Shown piece after piece: positions 1 through 9,929 of a DNA stretch of 64,000 nt (the first letter of the stretch is position 1; each line of letters starts with the position of its first letter). Source of the stretch: Blastocystis sp. Blastoise. Taxonomy: Eukaryota > Protista > Bigyra: Opalinata. The stretch spans positions 809,593 to 873,592 of the forward strand of contig JBBPEB010000025.1 in NCBI GenBank assembly GCA_039096225.1, read 5' to 3'. The notes under the pieces were generated by a model. That model was given only the letters and a program-made list of their open reading frames with translations. It was not told the origin of the DNA and did no database searches. Both the position numbers and the translations under genes were made by a program.

Positions 1-657
1 TTGATAAGTATCTACAAGAATAAAATTCTTAATTATAAGTATAGTTTTTCTTTTTGATTCTTTATTTCCATTTATGTATTCTATTATGATCTTGAATCAT
101 TCTGATTCATTTTCACCATCAACTATTTCTTTACAGTGTTTATATCAATCTGTATTTCAAGACAATGTATATTTAGTAAAAAGAAATATATTTAACGAAC
201 TCATTCCATAACATATATTATTGTTAAATAGCAATAATCTTTTTTGTTTTCCTCTTTATTAAATGATTTAGAGACAAAACCATTTTTAATAAAGTAATAT
301 CATGCATTCAATAATAAACTTTTCAATTTAGTTTTAAATATATATGATAGTATAAATAAAATTTCTTAGAAACACCAACCACATCACTTGAACATAACTC
401 AAAATATCACCCGATTTGTTTTATGTAGGTATACTCAAAAATAGCTTTTCCATATAAATTCTGTAATCAACTCGATGGAATATTTTTAAAAAACATGATA
501 ACATATAATAAGAAATGTATAATATTAAACAATATATGATATATAAAAATAATATAAACATGCATGTATTGATGATAATTCATACTTTTTCTCAATAGAA
601 TAACCATATTATTTTTAACATCTTAAGAATACTTAGAATATATTATGCAACTGATAG

Positions 658-695
658 CACAACCTTCCCAACATTTTGTGACAGTCATCATGACT
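658..695 (+). mobile_element. Degenerate relic of the family-B MITE left end
   Basis: cacaaccttcccaacattttgtgacagtcatcatgac resembles cagagccttccatcccttttgtgacagttgccatgac at 7687. No right end or TSD found. Confidence 0.4.
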
Positions 696-1547
696 ATCCC
701 AAAACTCATTTTTTACAAACTTGATTATAACAAATATTTATTTTTTAATACTATTTCACTATCAAAAAATATATCCTATTATTTTGGCTATGACCGTGTT
801 ATAAAAACCTTTTTAGAAGACATTGCGTGTAAAACTCTTGTTTTATTATGATAATATTATTCAAAAAACATTTGTATCAAGACTTCTCAATTACGAAAAA
901 TTCACCAAGTTTATACAACTATACTCAAAACTACGTCATTTAAATATGAAAATAAAAAACTCATTTATAAGCATAGTAAAACTCAAAAAAAAATATTGTA
1001 TAATAAGTAAAACTTATGTGTGTGTTACAAAATCTTGTTCTTCATTATCCTTATACTTCAGAAATATGATTTATAAAAAAAAATTAAACATATTTCTAAC
1101 ATAATAATTATTCTTTATCACTGAATATATTTATTGTAGAATAAAAATGTTAATCGAATAATTAATTTGAATAACAAAGAAATATTTTAAAAAACTGTCT
1201 ACTTCGATTTTTGTTTTTTATTTTAGAATTTTTAATCTATTATTTTGCTTCTCTGAGTTTTAATTAAATGAGATTTCAAAAACTACTTTTAGTAAGAAAT
1301 TCATTAATATTTTTAATCACATGAAAACTCATAATTATATTTTCATACATCATATTCACTAATAACAAAAGAGACTCGAATTAGTATAATAAAAATAATT
1401 GAATCAATATAAAAAAATTGAGCTAAAATTTTAAAAAGAAACAAAAAAATATTCACAAATTTTTCATGGTAATTATTATCAAATGAATACAAAATGGAAT
1501 TACTTTGATATATATTCGTAATGAATTAGTATTAGAGCCGTTCAAAA

Positions 1548-1631
1548 GTTGAGACAAAAGTTGCGACAAAGTTGCGACAAAGTTGCGACAAAGTTGCGAC
1601 AAGTTGCGACAAGTTGCGACGAGTGGTGACA
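1548..1631 (+). repeat. Subterminal (A)1-3GTTGCGACA tandem repeats, putative transposase-binding sites
   Basis: Directly visible. The same motif clusters at 1903-2019, 2335-2375, 3324-3505, 4995-5180 and 6124-6188, always next to the TIR. Confidence 0.85.
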
Positions 1632-1729
1632 CTTTTTTTTAATTGTTTTTATAAACAAAACGAATTTTTAATAAAGAAAACATAAATAAAGCATATAAAA
1701 TATAAATTATGAATTAATTAAGAAAAATA

Positions 1730-1887
1730 TTAATCAAGATTGATTTCTGAAACATTACTAAAAGTAGATAAATTATCAAAAGAAATTGATAAAATATCAT
1801 CAAGAGAATCAGATAAGAGACTATTTGAATTGAAATTTGTATTTTTTTCTTCATTTTCAGGTTCATTTGATAATATTTCATTATCAT
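1730..1887 (-). pseudogene. Displaced acidic C-terminal tail of the interrupted transposase gene
   Basis: Removing 1888-3528 (element plus one TSD copy) joins an open frame ...QNDSSITIVDDNEILSNEPENEEKNTNFNS...EINLD*. Linking it to the main ORF needs about two frameshifts in 3550-3620. Confidence 0.55.
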
Positions 1888-3520
1888 TAGAGCGGTTCAA
1901 AAGTTGCGACAAAAGTTGCGACAAGTTGCGACAAAAGTTGCGACAAGTTGCGACAAAAGTTGCGAAAAAGTTGTGACAAGTTGCGACAAAGTTGCGACAA
2001 GTTGCGACAAGTTGCGACACTTTTTATATCTCATTTGTAAGTTATATATTCATTATATAATAAATTTATATATATAATTATAGAGAGATTTACATGATGA
2101 TTACATAAATAATTTTTAAATGAATTAAAAATAAGTTTAATACTCTTAATAAGCGTTTTAAACACTAAAAATTGAACTTTTAAAGTCACATTTATTCTAT
2201 AAATATCGTTATTTTAATCATTTTAATAATCTTTTAACGATTTTTAAAATATTATATTATTTTTATATTATAAGAATAATGTTATTAAATTTAAAAAGTG
2301 AAAAATTGAATGTCATAGATAGAGCGGTTCAAAAGTTGCGACAAAGTTGCGACAAAAGTTAAGACAGTTGCGACATTTTTTATATCTCATTTGTAAGTCA
2401 TATATTTATTATAAAATATATTTAAATATATAATTATAAAGATATTTTCATGATGATTACATAAATAATTTTTAAATAAATTAATAATAAGTTTAATACC
2501 TAAAATAAGCGTTTTAAACACTAAAAATTGAAATTTTTGAAATTCATAAGAAAAATTCATTAGATAAATATACTTATTTTAATCATTTTAACAATCTTTT
2601 AACGATTTTAAAAAAATTATATTATTTTTATATTATAAGAATAATGTTATTAAATATTAAAATCGAAGAATTGAATGTCATAAAAGCTTCATTGAAGATA
2701 AAATGAGCTCATTAAGTATAAAAAGTATTTTAAAATGATTCATTTCTTCATAATGAGCTAATAATGAGCTATTGATAACATATATATTCAAATAATTTCA
2801 TTTCATCAAAATTCAATTTTTAACATTCTTCATTAAACATCATATATTGAATCATTATGATTTAAATATGTATCTATATGATAAATAAGAGCTAATTGTA
2901 ATTCTATTATTCTTAATTAGATGATAAAATGAGTTGATAAAAAATAAATCATTTCAAAAAGATCTAAAATCAATGTATTAATGAAATCATTCACATTATC
3001 AAATACTATAAATAATACAAACTATGATTTCAATTGAAAATGGATAAATAATGCAAAGAAAATAAAATTGAAATTCATTTGAATTGTCATTAAAAAATAT
3101 GATTTCAAAAATGAGTCAAAAATGGTTTTATCCCGTAAATAAATCAAATTTTTGACTGGAAAAAAAATGTTCAAAATATTTTGAATTCTTTCTTTAATTC
3201 ATTTCATATGATCTTTTCATTTTCATAAAATGAAATTTGGTATATATATTCATCACTACTTAGTTCATATAATGAAATATTCTATTATATAAAATATTAA
3301 TTAAATAAATGTTTAAATGAAAAGTTGTGACAAAGTTGTGACAAATTGCGACACTGAATTCATTCTTTAAACAAGTCTTTTTTAGTTGCCAAATTAATAA
3401 AATAATCACGGGACTCTCGCCATTATTCATGGTTAAAAAAGTTGCGACAAATGGCGACAAGTTGCGACAAGTTGTGAAATTTGTCGCAACTCTATTTGTC
3501 GCAACTTTTGAACCGCTCTA
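1888..3520 (+). mobile_element. Non-autonomous hAT element (family A) with duplicated left end, inserted in the transposase gene
   Basis: TIR tagagcggttcaaaagttgcgaca at 1888 and its reverse complement ending at 3520. Perfect 8-bp TSD ATTATCAT at 1880-1887 and 3521-3528. A second left TIR at 2320 starts a complete ~1.2-kb unit (2320-3520). No coding capacity. Confidence 0.92.
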
Positions 3521-3588
3521 ATTATCATCTACAATTGTTATTGAAGAATCATTTTGTAGTATCTATTTCATCTTCAATAATCATTGAA

Positions 3589-4979
3589 TCATTTTGAATT
3601 GAAATAGTATCTATTTGTGGATTCATATAAAAAAAATAAATCTCTAAACAAATTTTCATCAGAATAACCAAATTTCTTCTTTGTAAATAAAATATTCATA
3701 AAAGAGAAAGATCTTTCTACACTAACAGTAGTAGAAGGTAATTGAAGAATGAAAGGAATTATTTTAGAAATAGAAGGAATTTGTTTAAGAAGAGGAAAAT
3801 AAAATTTTATCATTTGTTCTTTACTTATCATATTGTGAGGGAAACATTCATTTTCTTTCTTCTCATTATCAATAAAATCTTTCATTTTTGAAACACATAA
3901 TAAATAATTTTTCTTTTCTATATCTAAAAATTCAGATAAAGTGAAAGAAGGAAATGAAGAAGACATTAAAAAATGATTTTCATTATAAAATATCATTTGT
4001 TTCTTATTCATTGTTTTGATTTCTTTCAATTTTAATAATGTATTCGTAAAACCTATAAAATATAAATTAATAACAATAAATATACTTTTCTTATATTCTT
4101 GAATAAATGAAGATTGAACATTTGATAAATTATTTTCTTCACATATTTCATTCACTATCATAATTATATTATCTTTTGAATTCTTCAATTCTTCTTCAAT
4201 TTCATCTATCAAACTAGAAACATTACAACATTGAAAATTATCATTGGATAATAATTTTAATATTTCTTCAAACATTATTCCACTCTTCAAGAGAATCAAC
4301 ATTTCGATTTGTAAAGAAGAAGATAATTGATTATCTTGAAGAATATTCAATATTTCTTTATCTTTATCACTTAACATATCCAATGTTTCTAAATATTCAT
4401 AGAATGATTTCAAATATTTAAAATGTTTCAAAATATATCTTAATGATTTATACCAAGATATCCATCGTGTTTCGACATAAGAAAAGAAAGAAGAAGAAGG
4501 AAGATTATTTATCTTTAAAAAGGATAACCATAAATCATTTTTCTTTCTAAAGAAACGAAATGATGAATTAATGAGATTAATAAATGATTTTGTATTAATA
4601 AAACCATCTTTTAGTTTTTCAGCTACTAGATTAATCATATGCATAAAACATCCACAATAAATTCCATCACAAAAAATCGATTCATAATTATTACCAGCAT
4701 TTCGCATAGTATTACAGTTATCAGTGTGAAACGATTTGAATTGTTTTCTTTTAATATTCCATTCTTCTAATGTATCTTGAATGATAGAAAGATAATTATT
4801 CGATTTTTGATTTTCCATTCTTTTCAAGTTTATTAAGTAGAAAGGTTCATTCAAATTGAAAGTATTCAATCTTCTTACGATTATTGATAAATAATTAGAA
4901 CCAGCATCTGAGGTAGAAGAATCACATAGAACAGTTAGAGGACATTTTTCTAAATTCATTTTTACATATTGAATACGTT
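3589..4979 (-). pseudogene. hAT-superfamily DDE transposase, 5'-truncated (N-terminal DNA-binding region missing)
   Basis: Motifs in hAT order: VLCDSSTS (D1), FHTDNCNTM (D2), CFMH (CxxH), ETRWISWY (RW), LPSTTVSVERSFS (catalytic E, dimerisation domain). The first 13 aa of the listed ORF are a translation of the adjacent TIR from a TTG. The first in-frame ATG is at 4959. Confidence 0.88.
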
Positions 4980-6202
4980 TAGAGCGGTTCAAAAGTTGCG
5001 ACAAATAGAGTTGCGACAAATTTCACAACTTGTCGCAACTTGTCGCCATTTGTCGCAACTTTTTTTACCATTAATAATGGCGAGAGTACCGTGATTATTT
5101 TATTAATTTGGCAATTAAAAAAGACTTGTTTAAAAAATAAATTCAGTGTCGCAATTTGTCACAACTTTGTCACAACTTTTCCATTAAACATAAATTGAAT
5201 TAATGTTTTATATAAGAGAATATTTCATTATAAGAATTAAGTATCGGCAAATATATATACCAAATTTCATTTTATAAAAATGAAAAGATCATATGAAATG
5301 AATTAAAGAAAGAATTCAAAATATTTTGAACAATTTTTTTCCAGTCAAAAATTTGATTTATTTACGGGATAAATCCATTTTTGACTCATTTTTGAAGTTA
5401 ATTTTCTAATCAAAATTCAAATGAATTTCAATTTTATTTTCTACTAATTATTTAATTATATTCAATTAAAATTATTATGTTTATCATTCATAGTATTTAA
5501 TAATGTGAATGATTTCATGAATTGATTGATTTTAAACCATTTTGAAATGATTTATTTTTTATCAGCTCATTTATATCATCTAATTAAGCATAATATATTT
5601 ATAATTGACTATTAATTATCATATAGATACATATTTACATCATAATAATTCATTATATGATGTTTAATGAAGAATGTTAAAAATTGAATTTTGATGAAAT
5701 GAAATTATTTGAATATATATGTTATCAATAGCTCACTATTAGCTCATTATGAAGAAATGAATCATTTTAAAATATTTTTATACTTAATGAGCTCATTTTG
5801 TCTTCAATGAAGCTTTTATGACATTCAATTTTTCACTTTTTATATTTAATAACATTATTCTTATAATATAAAAATAATATAATTTTTTTAAAATCGTTAA
5901 AAGATTGTTAAAATGATTAAAATAACGATATTTATCTAATGTATTTCACTTATGAATTTCAAAAATTTCAAATTTTAGTGTTTAAAACGCTTATTTTGTG
6001 TATTAAACTTATTATTAATTTATTTAAAAATTATTTATGTAATCATCATGAAAATATCTTTATAATTATATATTTGAATATATTATATAATAAATATATG
6101 GCTTACAAATGAGATATAAAAAGTGTCGCAACTTTTTCGCAACTTTTGTCGCAACTTGTCGCAACTTGTCGCAACTTTTGTCGCAACTTTTGAAGCGCTC
6201 TA
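4980..6202 (-). mobile_element. Second copy of the ~1.2-kb non-autonomous family-A hAT element, inverted relative to 2320-3520
   Basis: TIR at 4980 and at the end (cttttgaagcgctcta, 6202). Reverse-complement match along the whole length, e.g. gggactctcgccattatt vs ataatggcgagagtaccgtg. The flanks aatacgtt and aatagaat are not a clean TSD. Confidence 0.9.
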
Positions 6203-7686
6203 AATAGAATATAATGTGTATTAAATATATGTACAAAAAATCGATTTAACACCATTGCATCTTATCAATACTTGAACTCTTCTACCAAGAATGGTAGTAT
6301 TATTATTTAAAAAATATAGATATCAAAAAATAAATTATAAAATAATTTAGTTTTTAATATATTATATTTAAAAATATATTTAAATAGATATACAAAATTT
6401 ATAAAAGAAAACGATTTATAATAATTAATAATTAATAATACAGTTATGGTGTATTAAATATGGGATATATATAAATATTAAAAGATTATGCAGCATTCAC
6501 AATTTGTGTTGCATTTTATTGTATTTTTGGTAATTATTTGAAAAAAATATGTTTTTATGAGAATTAATAGTATTTTTCGCAGCTTTCATGATACATCATA
6601 TTATAATAATGTCAATAATATGTTGCCGCTTTTAAACAGCTCCATTTTAGTTTAGCTAAAAAAGAAAAATGGTTATTGTTGAAATGTTTTTATGTAACAT
6701 TAAATATTTATTTATGAAAGAGTCCAAGATTTGGCATATTTTCAAAAAGTATCATAATTTTAATATTGTAATATATTTTCTACTGTATTCAGAATTATAT
6801 AGTAATAACTTTTTTTTCAACATTATATTTTTATAAAATAATGATTCTGGATGTAAAATAAAAAAACAACGCAAATATATATTAAACAGAAAAATACCTA
6901 AGCAAAAATATAAAAATTGTTAAATATACAAGAATTATTACAGTTTAAAAAGAAAATATTATGAATAGACTGTTTGTTTTTAAGTTTAATGTTTTCATAA
7001 TATTTATAATGATTTTTATTGTCAGATTATGGGACATTATTTACAGGTTTTTTATCATTTTAAAAACTCTAATTGATTTTTGTAAGTGGAACGATAAATG
7101 TTGCCAACTACTTTGTGAATATAAGATATTCTACGGTGAATGCTTAATAATTATTGACCAATACCTAAGATAGTATAAGGTATACAAAATGCCATTATTG
7201 TCTAAAATCTAACTATGAATAGCTAGAGCTCGATGCCTATTATGCAATTGTGTGGAGTAGAAGTACTATAAATTATACATTTTTCATATTTGCCATGAAT
7301 AAAAAAGATTTGAAGAATAGTTAGATGAATTAATAATAACAATCCTTTCTAATGTCAATGGACAGAATTGTTATATGACAATTGTTGACAATATTGTGAT
7401 ACTTGCAACACTTTTTTTTGGCAGTGTAATTTCTATTGTTTTATTGATCCACATCAATTTTTTCTGAAGAAACAATAAATTATTGTCATGACAGAGAACT
7501 CGTTAGAATTGTCAATCTTGTCAATTATTCTAATGGATTGTCTATTGGACGACTTCAATGAATCAATATATATCATTATTTATTTATTCTCGTTTTTTTA
7601 TAGAGTATTAAAATACTAAAAGAAGACTCTATTGTATTATTTAATTATTTAGACTCATTCTCAATATTATAACTGTATTCAATTGG

Positions 7687-7867
7687 CAGAGCCTTCCATC
7701 CCTTTTGTGACAGTTGCCATGACAATAGCTGACTGTCACTTTCAACCTGACTTAAATTGACTTAGTCATAAAAATTTAAAATTACACTGTCAAAAATAAA
7801 TATTTTGTCACAAATTTTGGTGACAATTGCCATATGGCAAAAAAAAAGGGCCTCAGGGAAGGGGCTG
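7687..7867 (+). mobile_element. 181-bp hAT-type MITE (family B), copy 1
   Basis: Imperfect TIRs cagagccttcca...gggaaggggctg. Perfect 8-bp TSD TCAATTGG at 7679-7686 and 7868-7875. Internal TGACA/TGTCA motifs. Confidence 0.92.
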
Positions 7868-8113
7868 TCAATTGGTTTATGCTAAATATAACACATCACA
7901 TACTTCTAGAGTAATATATAAACATTAAATATAATATGTTTGACACATTTTTATACATATTAGAATTATTCTTTTCATTATAATGCTTTTTAATTACATG
8001 ATTCTTATTCTTTTATAATTAATAATTTTTCTATGGGTTATATAAGTCTTATGAAGATAATATATTTTGCAATAGATTATCATGATTAGTTTTAAACATA
8101 ATTCGATTGAAAT

Positions 8114-8294
8114 CAGCCCCTTCCCTGAGGCCCTTTTTTTTTGCCATATGGCAATTGTCACCAAAATTTGTGATAAAATATTTATTTTTGACAGTGTAAT
8201 TTTAAATTTTTATGACTAAGTCAATTTAAGTCAGGTTGAAAGTGACAGTCAGCTATTGTCATGGCAACTGTCACAAAAGGGAGGGAAGCCTCTG
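8114..8294 (-). mobile_element. 181-bp hAT-type MITE (family B), copy 2, opposite orientation
   Basis: Reverse complement of copy 1 with about 3 differences seen. Its own perfect 8-bp TSD ATTGAAAT lies at 8106-8113 and 8295-8302. Confidence 0.92.
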
Positions 8295-9015
8295 ATTGAA
8301 ATAGTTGTTATTAATGTATGAAAACAATACATTGATTAATAAATATTAGTAAGGATACTTTTCATATATATGATTCTGATATTTTTTATTATGTATTGCT
8401 AAGACTTTATTAGAAGTCACTATTTGACTTAAGAATGATTTTGGTATTATATACTTTGTATTAGTATATATAAAAAAAAAAAACAATAGATTTAAAAAAT
8501 TCATATTAGATATATTAGAAAATAATTGTTAGATACTAATCCTAATTGTGTATTTAACTAAAAAAAGAAATAAACTAGAAATTTAAAAAACTTCATACAA
8601 CTTTATTATATATTTAACATTAATGGTTGTGCTATATATTATGCTTGCATTTCATCAAACTATACTTCATTTTATAGGATAGAAATATAAACCAATAGAA
8701 TTATTATTGTAATATTGAAGATATAGATAAAATAGTGTATAATACTTTTCAATACCATAAGTTGATTAAAAATATATATATATGAAATAAGAGAATAATA
8801 GAATGAACAAGCTAATAATACATGATGCAGGTTGCCCAATAGAAAAATTCTAATGATAGAATTGACATAATTGATGACTCTAGTAAATTCTCTGTCATGA
8901 GAACTATCAGATAGTGTTCTTGTAATTACCAAGAACATGATGTGAAAACTCATTTAATAGTAGATGCTTAGAAATGGAGACAGCAGTTGCTAAATGTGTC
9001 ACATACTGATTGGTT

Positions 9016-9035
9016 GCAACTTTTGAACCGCTCAA
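9016..9035 (-). mobile_element. Solitary family-A terminal inverted repeat
   Basis: gcaacttttgaaccgctcaa matches the TIR end gcaacttttgaaccgctcta at 19/20. No partner with a matching TSD identified. Confidence 0.7.
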
Positions 9036-9869
9036 TTTAATTACAAAAATCGATAGATTGGTGAAATAATATATGCAATATATATATATAAAATTTTACA
9101 TATTTTTAATATTTCTTTTTGCAAACAATATATTAAAGGTATAACTCGTTTTATTGTGATATATAAAAATATATTTAAACAAATAAATTATAAAAAAATG
9201 ACATTTACAATAAAACATCTTGATGTTTACACCAATCAATTAAATAAAGACCTGGAAACGTCTAATCAAATAGTAAAAAAAAAGTGTCTCACGATTATAC
9301 GTTGATAGAAACATAGTCTTTAAGAAATTTATATTTTTGTTGTAGAAGTAATATTGTCGAACATCATTTATTGATATAGAGGCACATCGCAAAAGAAATA
9401 ATAACAGTAAGAATTGTTGAGAAATGTGTAAATGTAATGAAAAGTAATCATAAATATATTTATAAGCGTCTTTGAATCTGAACAAAACAGAGTTAGCAGT
9501 TATAATGATGGATAAATGATAAAGAAGCTAATTGCTTTGAGAATGAGCATCTCGTTGCCATGAGAATTGTCTTTTTATATAAAAATTCAGAAATCTCTTT
9601 AACATATTTAGCTCTATTGAAAATAATATAATACTTTTTAATTAGATAAAATAGAAAAAAATTAAGAATCATTTCCAAAAGTCACATGTTAAGAAATCAA
9701 AGAAAAGATTTGATTGGAGAGAAATTAATTAAGTTTCAAATTTTTATTTTTCTTATGTAGTTGTAGCTAGTTGATTAATTATTTCCTATCTATTTCCCGA
9801 TATAGTGTATATAAATAGAGTTATACATGCATCTAATACTATATTAACATATAGGAAAAAAAAATCAAA

Positions 9870-9929
9870 ATGCAAAATTTCAAAACGGCCATCTTTTTGT
9901 TATGGCTATTCTTTATTCCAGGCTTTTGC
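9870..9929 (+). other. N-terminal signal peptide (~20 aa)
   Basis: MQNFKTAIFLLWLFFIPGFC|NELN: basic n-region, hydrophobic core, small residues at -3 (G) and -1 (C). Confidence 0.8.

Larger units (their letters stand above)
1533..4979 (-). mobile_element. Remnant of an autonomous hAT transposon (family A): 3'-side terminus plus transposase, interrupted by a nested insertion and truncated at 4980
   Basis: TIR tagagccgttcaaaagttgagaca at 1533 is followed by tandem GTTGCGACA repeats to ~1631. Its inner sequence differs from the non-autonomous copies and leads into the presumed transposase 3' tail (stop at 1730-1732, minus strand). Confidence 0.7.
7486..8900. repeat. Degenerate ~75-bp inverted repeat pair (7486-7558 vs 8828-8900), probable old transposon relics
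   Basis: tcatgacagagaa...gtcaatt...tctattggacgac aligns by eye with the reverse complement of 8828-8900 (tcatgacagagaa...gtcaatt...tctattgggcaac). Confidence 0.5.

Noticed and set aside
645-1104. Short ORFs 645-851 and 823-1104
   Set aside because: Low-complexity F/I/K/N/Y translations expected by chance in AT-rich DNA; no motif recognised.
1548-2019. GTTGCGACA repeats as CRISPR, telomeric or iteron arrays
   Set aside because: No spacers; variable A-run linkers; always directly inside TIRs bounded by an 8-bp TSD.
1740-3460. ORFs 1740-1976, the 5' half of 1730-2020, and 3260-3460
   Set aside because: These are translations of TIR/subterminal repeats or antisense shadows.
3589-4979. Ciliate-type genetic code (TAA/TAG = Gln), given the tiny introns
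   Set aside because: A long AT-rich frame with many Gln and no in-frame TAA/TAG fits the standard code. Evidence is limited because it comes from a transposon.
3589-5019. 476-aa ORF as an intact autonomous transposase
   Set aside because: It starts at a TTG inside the inserted TIR and lacks the N-terminal region that normally precedes catalytic D1.
7687-8294. Single foldback element or structured ncRNA gene
   Set aside because: Each arm has its own TIRs and a distinct TSD, so these are two insertions.
6961-9678. Short ORFs 6961-7173, 8672-8953, 9240-9485 and 9493-9678
   Set aside because: No recognisable domain; composition matches background or TE relics.
9807-9854. TATA-like tatataaata (9808-9817) and a possible 35-nt 5'UTR intron (9820-9854, gttata...tatag)
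   Set aside because: Both are plausible but common by chance in AT-rich DNA, and the donor differs from the GTA consensus; transcript data are needed.
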